Shown one piece after another: positions 57,419 to 64,000 of a stretch of 64,000 bases of DNA (its first letter is position 1; each line of letters opens with the position of its first letter). The notes below the pieces were generated by a model. It was not told where the DNA came from. It made no database searches and saw only the letters and a program-made list of their open reading frames with translations. The position numbers and the translations under genes were made by a program. The DNA is from an uncultured Pseudomonadales bacterium. GTDB lineage: Bacteria; Patescibacteriota; Microgenomatia; UBA1400; Chazhemtobacteraceae. The stretch lies in NCBI GenBank assembly GCA_964618725.1, contig CAZUBK010000001.1:132908-196907 (forward strand), in the 5' to 3' direction.

Positions 57419-58056
57419 TTCTTCTGGGTGAGATAAATACCGACATGTGTGAAAAGGTTTGGGAACCACTTAAGGAGACGTCGAGGGAAGAACAAAAAAC
57501 GTGGTGGATAAAGACCGATCGATTTAGTTATTTTTAGCCGATTTTTTTGACAGTAATCAAGATAATCTTGATGAGAGAGTTGATGGAGAAAACCGGTTGT
57601 ATCCCAAGTATCGCCAATTAACATCGTTTTGGGCATACAACCTTTGAAAAGTAGTTCTAATCTATTGGGAAGAAAGGCAAAGTTGGGAATAGAGACAATT
57701 TGCCTTTTGGCAATTCGGGACATTTCCTTTAATAAGATATCGGGGTAGGTCACCATCTGGAGGGTGACATTGCATATGGCGTAATCAAAGGCGTTGTCCG
57801 GGAAGGATAGGACTTGATCAATTCTGCCTTGTTTGACATTCAGTCCTTTCAAGTTTGCCGATTTGACACCAGAGTTAGACAGTTCTATTCCACAGCCCTT
57901 AACTCCTCTCTGTTGAAGTAGAGCTAGTAGCGATCCGTCACCACACGCAAGGTCGATGACCGTTTTCCCCTTAGGAATCAGGTTCAAGATGATGGGATAC
58001 TCTGCTCTCTTGGTAATAGAGTTTTTTGAATAGTGGTACTGTCGATTGTTGTTCAT
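57415..58056 (-). CDS. MetW-like SAM-dependent methyltransferase
   Basis: VIDLACGDG, FPDNAFDY, TLQ, VSIPNFA. Confidence 0.8.
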   Translation of the reverse strand: MNNNRQYHYSKNSITKRAEYPIILNLIPKGKTVIDLACGDGSLLALLQQRGVKGCGIELSNSGVKSANLKGLNVKQGRIDQVLSFPDNAFDYAICNVTLQMVTYPDILLKEMSRIAKRQIVSIPNFAFLPNRLELLFKGCMPKTMLIGDTWDTTGFLHQLSHQDYLDYCQKNRLKITKSIGLYPPRFLFFPRRLLKWFPNLFTHVGIYLTQKK

Positions 58057-59135
58057 ATCTTTGTTTTGAGAATTTTGAGTAATTCTCTCATTCTTTGATC
58101 GTAGGTATGTTCTTTTAGGGTTCTCAATTGACCACGGGCAGCGATCTTGGCTCTTTTGGTTTCATTGCTTAGATAGAAATTGATTTTCTCAGCCAGATCG
58201 GTACCGTTAGTATACGTAACGACTTCTTTGCCGGGAACAAAGATCTCAGAGAGATTACTCCTTTCATCAGTAATCAGGAGAGTACCACAGCCAGTGGCCT
58301 CGAAAAGAGTCATGTTATTGGCAAAAGAGCTGGCAACACTCGTGATATGTTTTGTCATGGTGATTTTTGAGTTGTGAAGGAGTTGGTACATTTGATGACC
58401 CCAGCATGACCCATGGAAGTTTTTTAGAATTGGACTGTCTTTGAGTAGGAATTGCTGTTGATAACCAAAGAAGTCAATGTGAGTGTGTCTGGCGGCTGTA
58501 CTGAGAATCTTGTTTCTTTGTTGGTGAATTGGTCCATAGCCACCGATATGAATGACTGGATATGAATTATCTATCTTCTTGAGTTTTTTCAATATTTTTG
58601 CCTCAAACGCTAGTTTGAGATAAGTGGATTGTGTACCGGTACCTTCAATATGTTTAACCATGTTAGGCAGAGAAGAGGTTATTAAATCGAAGGGGGTGAA
58701 ATAGCTTTTGTCGGGTAATGGACTGGCTATTTGTCCAATCAGTAATTTTACTTTGGATTTTAGATCGAAAAGGACATCTGGCTTGAGATAAGTAATATCA
58801 AGAAAATAAAGGATGTCAGGCTTGTAGAACTTTATTTGCTCGGTAAGAGTGTTCACTACCCACTGGGGGGTTATCTGTCCTCGCAGATAAGGAAGCCACT
58901 CGGTAACTGAATCTATGGGTGAACCTACATGCCGCCGATGGCGTTTGGCCCAGTTAAGTTGACCTTGCCTATCGTTTAGGACGATAGTGATAGAGGGATG
59001 GCCGAGCCGGGTGAGGGCTTGAGAGTAAAAATCAGAGGTGCCAAATAAAGCATTAAAAATAGTTCCGGCGTGTTTAAGATGATAATGATCTTTTAGGAAC
59101 GCTGGATAATAGGTATCAATAAAAAGGAACTTCAT
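58053..59135 (-). CDS. CgeB-like glycosyltransferase (Glyco_trans_1_2)
   Basis: ANNMTLFEATGCG, F.PGKEV..Y, EHTY..R. Confidence 0.85.
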   Translation of the reverse strand: MKFLFIDTYYPAFLKDHYHLKHAGTIFNALFGTSDFYSQALTRLGHPSITIVLNDRQGQLNWAKRHRRHVGSPIDSVTEWLPYLRGQITPQWVVNTLTEQIKFYKPDILYFLDITYLKPDVLFDLKSKVKLLIGQIASPLPDKSYFTPFDLITSSLPNMVKHIEGTGTQSTYLKLAFEAKILKKLKKIDNSYPVIHIGGYGPIHQQRNKILSTAARHTHIDFFGYQQQFLLKDSPILKNFHGSCWGHQMYQLLHNSKITMTKHITSVASSFANNMTLFEATGCGTLLITDERSNLSEIFVPGKEVVTYTNGTDLAEKINFYLSNETKRAKIAARGQLRTLKEHTYDQRMRELLKILKTKI

Positions 59136-60571
59136 GGGCGCCTAAACCAAGATAATTGATTCCAAAATTCAAACTGAAAAATGTACATCCACATAATGGG
59201 AATAAGAAAGCCACTGATACGGGAAACTGCATTACCCAAACCTAACCAATAGTCGAACTGAAATGAAGCGTAGAGTGTACCTACCCAGAGAATAAGGAAG
59301 CTGAGAAGTATACAGAAAAGAAGGCGGCGTTGAGTTGGTGTATGACCATAGACAATATGAAGAACAAGAACTAACGGGAAGATGTAAATTACCGGGGAGA
59401 GACCGGGGACGATGGAGATTGAAAGAAAAGTAAAGGACTGGGATAGATGGATCCAGAAGCGTTGCAGAACGAGTGAGACAAGCGAGATCATTGAATTAGG
59501 CATTTGAATAGGACCTACTTGAGCTGATAATGATAATGGTGATGATGACGATGAGGGTACTTCCGATTCGGTTAAGACCCGAATTAAAACATCGGCCCCT
59601 TTAGATATTGTGACGTGACTTGAAGATCGAACGTAGGTGACCCAAATCGTATTGGAAAGTTTGGCCAGATTGAAATAAATCAAAGCAACAGGGAGGATAT
59701 AGAGTCTTTTCCAGAAACGGAGGAAAAATATAATAAGAGGAATTACCCAAAAGGGTTCGTTGATCCTGGTCCAGTTGGATAAGGCCATCATGATTACTGA
59801 GACAAACAGATAAGTCCAATTGGGTCGAGTTGCGATGGCGGGTAGAAAATAAAGAATGCCAAGACTGAAAAAGATGGTATAGGGGAGATTACTAAGGCCA
59901 TCGAGTCGTGATTGCCAAAGAATAAGAGGAGAAGTGTACATAAGCAATGTCCCTAGTGAGGCAATAATTGAGTTCATACTCTTGTGTAAGCGAGCATAAA
60001 AAATAACCGCAAACGAAAAATACATCAGAGGGTAATAAATCGGAGGATTGACATGAAGGAAGCGCATAAAAAGATTGATAAAAGAAGTGTAGAGCGGATA
60101 AGTGCTCCAGGTTTGAACGTATTCGGGCACGGCCGATAAAGTCTTGGTCCCAAACATAACTTTGGCACGAAAGTCATAAAGATGGAGAGAGTCAGTCGTA
60201 TAGACAGGGAAGTAGGCAGCATAAGTCAACATGACGAGAGTGATGATAACAATGACTGTCCAGAAAATAAAAGTTGCTTTGGGAATGTTGGAAAAGTGAG
60301 ATTTCAAAGCCTTGAAACCGAAATTGGGACCTTTATGTCGGGGAGAGAAACAAAAGAAAATTAAACAAAGACAGACACTAATGATCCAAAAAACAGAGGA
60401 AACTACAGAGTCGGTGAATTTGGCGTAAAAAAAGAAGAGGAAACTTGTAATTCCAGGTGTTATCAAGAAACTTAAAGCCAGTTTTTCATACCAGACCCCG
60501 CGAAATCTAAGGACACTGAGAAAATACCAACCGCTCAAAAGAAACAAAAATATACCGACTAAGAAGATCAT
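59132..60571 (-). CDS. multi-pass membrane protein, probable GT-C
   Basis: PV.TTDS..YD.RAK, YPL, WTR.NE; more than 10 TM segments. Confidence 0.7.
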   Translation of the reverse strand: MIFLVGIFLFLLSGWYFLSVLRFRGVWYEKLALSFLITPGITSFLFFFYAKFTDSVVSSVFWIISVCLCLIFFCFSPRHKGPNFGFKALKSHFSNIPKATFIFWTVIVIITLVMLTYAAYFPVYTTDSLHLYDFRAKVMFGTKTLSAVPEYVQTWSTYPLYTSFINLFMRFLHVNPPIYYPLMYFSFAVIFYARLHKSMNSIIASLGTLLMYTSPLILWQSRLDGLSNLPYTIFFSLGILYFLPAIATRPNWTYLFVSVIMMALSNWTRINEPFWVIPLIIFFLRFWKRLYILPVALIYFNLAKLSNTIWVTYVRSSSHVTISKGADVLIRVLTESEVPSSSSSPLSLSAQVGPIQMPNSMISLVSLVLQRFWIHLSQSFTFLSISIVPGLSPVIYIFPLVLVLHIVYGHTPTQRRLLFCILLSFLILWVGTLYASFQFDYWLGLGNAVSRISGFLIPIMWMYIFQFEFWNQLSWFRRP

Positions 60572-61890
60572 AATTCGATGACTCCGATCTGGCCTTGCAA
60601 TTGGGCCGATCGAGGGGTGTATTTAATATTCTCTATAACTTGATTGGGGCTATCTAGAGTAGGACCAAAAAGATAAATTCTCCTTGCCAGGACGGGAAAA
60701 TTAGGAAAGGATTGGTAAAGCATGACAAATCTGGGAACTTTTTCGTTGATAGGAAGAAGTACTCCTTTGCAGTTTTGGGGCCCGTCGGCAAGAAGAGGAG
60801 ATACTGAAAGGGTTCTCGGGAAAATGTGAGAGGCGGCGATGAAGGGGGCCAAGTCATCACCGACTTCACCAGAAAAACAAATGTCGGCATTTTTTGGAGT
60901 AACTTCATTGAGATGCTTAAGATAAATATAAGAAGGGCCGCGAAGACGAAGCATTTTTTCATCATAACTTAGGTTTCTCTCAAAGATCAGTATATTTAAC
61001 ATATCTAAACCTACTTGTTTAATGCCCTGAATCGCTGTAAAAGAACGAGTGAAAATAAATAGTGTAAACAGACAAAAAACAACATAAGTAAAAGCCTTAT
61101 TAATCCAACCAGGCAATTTTTTTTGTTTAATAAGACCTTCTCTAGTGAGCCGAAAACGGAGATCGGCCAGAGTAAAGTTACGCGCTTTTGGCTCAATTAG
61201 AATAAGGTTATGTTTCGCTTCTTTATTGTTTTCAATATTATTACCCCGACCTATCTGATGTCGATAATCGTGGTTTTGATGAATTGCCGGATTGACCGAG
61301 GTAATATCAATGGTTTTTATATCTTGCGCCTGAGCGTGTCGGAGTAACCAGTTGTCCCAACCTACTCGACCTACAAGGAAGTTAGGGAGGCGATTAAGTA
61401 AGTCTCTGGGAAAGATAAAATAATCACTACCAAGTGGAGGATGAATAATCCCCCGCTCTTTCACTATTTGCTTTAATTTTTGATACCATGAAGAATCGGA
61501 AAAAATAATGGGTTTAACTATATCAAGATCAGTGCGTCCGCCGGCAAGTAAGAATTTGGATTTTCCGGAAAAACGCTTAACAAGATTGTGGATAGCTATC
61601 GGGGAAAAGATGATATCGGCATTGGTATATAGAAGGAGAGGATACGAGGCGTGACGCTTAGCAAGACTAAAGGCAGAGTTAATGTAGGGAGTGTTACGAT
61701 AGTTTTTCTTTACAGAAATGATGGCATGGACTTTGAGTCTTTTGGCGATAGATTTTAGCTTAGAGTCGGGACTGATGAGAATAATTTCAATGGTTGGATG
61801 TATAGTCTTCCAGCTCTTGATAGCGTTCTCCTGAATGATTTTTGTGTGTGGATCGTCGAAAGATTTGGGGATAGTAAAGATAGTCAACAT
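60568..61890 (-). CDS. GT-A-like domain fused to a TM helix and C-terminal domain
   Basis: IFTIPK.F..QENAI.SW, NADII, DYFIF, GRVGWDNW, HQNHDY; TM about 270 residues after the start; start moved to MLTIFT. Confidence 0.7.
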   Translation of the reverse strand: MLTIFTIPKSFDDPHTKIIQENAIKSWKTIHPTIEIILISPDSKLKSIAKRLKVHAIISVKKNYRNTPYINSAFSLAKRHASYPLLLYTNADIIFSPIAIHNLVKRFSGKSKFLLAGGRTDLDIVKPIIFSDSSWYQKLKQIVKERGIIHPPLGSDYFIFPRDLLNRLPNFLVGRVGWDNWLLRHAQAQDIKTIDITSVNPAIHQNHDYRHQIGRGNNIENNKEAKHNLILIEPKARNFTLADLRFRLTREGLIKQKKLPGWINKAFTYVVFCLFTLFIFTRSFTAIQGIKQVGLDMLNILIFERNLSYDEKMLRLRGPSYIYLKHLNEVTPKNADICFSGEVGDDLAPFIAASHIFPRTLSVSPLLADGPQNCKGVLLPINEKVPRFVMLYQSFPNFPVLARRIYLFGPTLDSPNQVIENIKYTPRSAQLQGQIGVIEL

Positions 61891-61895
61891 ATCCG

Positions 61896-62534
61896 TTAAA
61901 TCGTGTAACGGACTGGTTCGAAGATTTCGGCATAGGAAACACCAATGCTGTAGCCCCAAGATCGATTGGCGTCGATAAAACTGTCGACCCAGTTCTGGCT
62001 GTAACGCTCGATCTCTCCAGCGTAAGCGGCAAGAGCGCGTTTTTTAAAGTTAATCGTTTCGCTAATATCGGAATAAAAGATGCCATTGAACCCTCGGTCT
62101 GGTTGGTACCAGTTACTGCGATACATGAGAATGCGTTTAAGATGGCGAGCGGCAACGATGGAAAGTTTGGCGGAGGCAGCGTGATCGGTGTTCATATCGT
62201 ATTGCCAATGGGTGAAGAGAGTATCGATTTTGCGCTCATGAATTATGTCTTCCAAGAAACGCATGTAAGTCGCGTTGTATTTCAATTCGCCGTTGTCAGC
62301 AGCAAATTTTTCTGGTGTTTCGATGAGATCATATCCAACAATCAGAGCAGCATTTTTACCCTCGGCAATAGCGCGCTCGGTTGGACGATGGACATTCATA
62401 ATATCGTAATGAGTTTCGGAGTTGGTGAGGATGATGCCAGAGACTTGATGTCCTTCAAGAGCTAATTTAGCGAGTGTACCAGAGCAACCTAGATCTATAT
62501 CGTCGTGATGAGCGCCTACAGCTAGAATGTTCAT
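61896..62534 (-). CDS. PIG-L/LmbE-family deacetylase
   Basis: GAHHDDIDLG, THW..DMNTDH, YAEIF. Confidence 0.88.
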   Translation of the reverse strand: MNILAVGAHHDDIDLGCSGTLAKLALEGHQVSGIILTNSETHYDIMNVHRPTERAIAEGKNAALIVGYDLIETPEKFAADNGELKYNATYMRFLEDIIHERKIDTLFTHWQYDMNTDHAASAKLSIVAARHLKRILMYRSNWYQPDRGFNGIFYSDISETINFKKRALAAYAGEIERYSQNWVDSFIDANRSWGYSIGVSYAEIFEPVRYTI

Positions 62535-62544
62535 AAGAGGGATC

Positions 62545-63210
62545 TTATGTCAGAGGAAGTGATTTAGCAAGATATTGTAAGAAAATGGTGGTTTCTTTTA
62601 GAGGAAAGGAGAAAGAAGTGTTTTTTTGCCAGACTTGAATCCGGTAACCGTTCATTGGTTCGATAAAAGAATCTGTTAATTTGAATTGCTTTATCAACTT
62701 TAGAAAGATGAAGGGGGAGTAATAGAATTGAATATAACCTTCTCCTGATTGATATACTTTATCGGTTATCCGAAACCAGTGATCGATCAGGCCTAAGATG
62801 AGGATTCCGTCTTTAGATAGCCGGTTAGTCATCTGATCTATAACGCTAAACTGGTCTTTTTGAGTGATGTAGGAGAGGGTATGAAAATTGGCAATGACAT
62901 CGAATCTGTCATCTTTGAAGAGTTCGCTAAGATCTTTTTGGTTACCTAGCTTTGAGTGGATTGAGGTTGTTTGACGGAGACTGCAAAACTCACGTTTTGA
63001 GAGAGTAAGGCCAAATAGGAGAGATTTGGGGAATCTTTTTCTACATGACTTCAAGAAATTACCATAACCACAGCCAACATCAAGGATCTTGAAGGGCTTT
63101 TTACTTGGGCTTGAAAAGATCCCTTTTACAAGGGGGTCAAAGTAATTGGCGGACCGAATGTATACTTCTTGGTAGTTATCTAGGAATCTCCGGTCCTGTA
63201 TCCTCTTCAT
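62545..63210 (-). CDS. class I SAM-dependent methyltransferase
   Basis: ILDVGCGYG, RFDVI. Confidence 0.8.
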   Translation of the reverse strand: MKRIQDRRFLDNYQEVYIRSANYFDPLVKGIFSSPSKKPFKILDVGCGYGNFLKSCRKRFPKSLLFGLTLSKREFCSLRQTTSIHSKLGNQKDLSELFKDDRFDVIANFHTLSYITQKDQFSVIDQMTNRLSKDGILILGLIDHWFRITDKVYQSGEGYIQFYYSPFIFLKLIKQFKLTDSFIEPMNGYRIQVWQKNTSFSFPLKETTIFLQYLAKSLPLT

Positions 63211-64000
63211 TTCGTTAAATCAAAGACCATAGAAGAATAATGGAGTTTACGAGGGTCAACATGAGGAATTGGAAAAGGAAAACTTATATCATTTTGATCT
63301 ATTTCTTTGAAACCAGCTTGTTCAGCCAGTCTCATAAAACTTTCTGGATTGAAGATAGTTTTGTGGTAATCTTCATAAGTGCGACTTTTCTTGGGAAATA
63401 AAGCTCCTCCTGTAATATCAGCGATTATGTAATTGTCCAGATGTCGACCACGATTAAAGTAGCTATCGAGGTGTCTGTCAAAATTAGGAATAACTACAAC
63501 GAGCTTACCATTGGGCTTGAGAACCCGATGCCACTCTTCTAAAACTTCAGGTATTTCTCCATGTGGAAAATGTTCTAAAACGTGAGAAACGTAAATCGTA
63601 TCGATACTGTTGTCAGTGTAATCCAGTTTGCGTATGTCTAATTCTCTATCAGTAGCGGGAGTCTTAATTAAATCTATATTAACGAAACCAGGAAGCCTGA
63701 TATTACCACACCCGAGATGTAATTGTACGGGAAAACCTTTCATCTTGATGTAGTCCCAATCGTAAGATAAACGACCGATGCTCCAGGGGATCAGAGTATC
63801 TTTGTACTTGATTTGGATTTTTTTCAAAGCAGACTTGGGAGTAGGAACATCAAAGCCCCATTTTTTCTTAAACAGATTGTGAACCCTTTTAGCATCTTGC
63901 GAAACTTGGCCCTGAGAGCGATTACCATAGAGCTGACCGGCAGGTCGGACATGGAGGTATTGAATAGAAGGAATCCAGATGTTGTTGAAGCCTTTCTCAA
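63207..64000 (-). CDS. 5'-truncated ORF: GT2-like C-terminal segment in frame with a type 11 methyltransferase
   Basis: Frame stays open from 63998 (EKGFNNIWIPSIQYLH...FKKKWG) into LHLGCG, SHVLEH, RVLKPNG. Confidence 0.7.
   Translation of the reverse strand, partial: EKGFNNIWIPSIQYLHVRPAGQLYGNRSQGQVSQDAKRVHNLFKKKWGFDVPTPKSALKKIQIKYKDTLIPWSIGRLSYDWDYIKMKGFPVQLHLGCGNIRLPGFVNIDLIKTPATDRELDIRKLDYTDNSIDTIYVSHVLEHFPHGEIPEVLEEWHRVLKPNGKLVVVIPNFDRHLDSYFNRGRHLDNYIIADITGGALFPKKSRTYEDYHKTIFNPESFMRLAEQAGFKEIDQNDISFPFPIPHVDPRKLHYSSMVFDLTK

Noticed and set aside
1-64000. CRISPR arrays, tRNA/rRNA genes, transposases, integrases or prophage genes
   Set aside because: None seen; the intergenic gaps are short and accounted for, although this was checked by eye only

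Overview
This is a 64-kb, gene-dense chromosomal window. It most likely comes from a Patescibacteria/CPR bacterium of the Microgenomates type; this is inferred from gene content (DUF4012, many GT-C proteins, alpha2 GlyRS, membrane-anchored MurF), and TGA is used as stop. Positions 1-16 kb hold a rearranged cell-wall/division region (murF, alpha/beta hydrolase, alr, murE, murI, murD, murA, dgkA, ftsI, ftsL, rsmH, mraZ), glyQS, a VapBC-like pair and small ORFans. Positions 16-20 kb hold an accessory + strand unit: a consensus sigma70 promoter, a PspA/IM30 (ESCRT-III)-like gene, an intrinsic terminator, a type III hammerhead ribozyme fold (16836-16893), a 1027-aa TPM-like membrane protein and a second terminator. 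After recO, 20.6-64 kb is a surface-glycan locus of more than 43 kb (GT2/GT4/GT-C enzymes, O-antigen ligase-like protein, two flippases, two AsnB amidotransferases, DegT aminotransferase, methyltransferases). It contains an autonomous NYN-nuclease cassette with a predicted ~58-nt antisense RNA that has its own promoter and terminator. Many core genes look leaderless (TAnnnT 6-9 nt before the start codon). I saw no tRNA, rRNA, CRISPR array or transposase. All calls come from motif recognition and folding by eye; no database searches were run.
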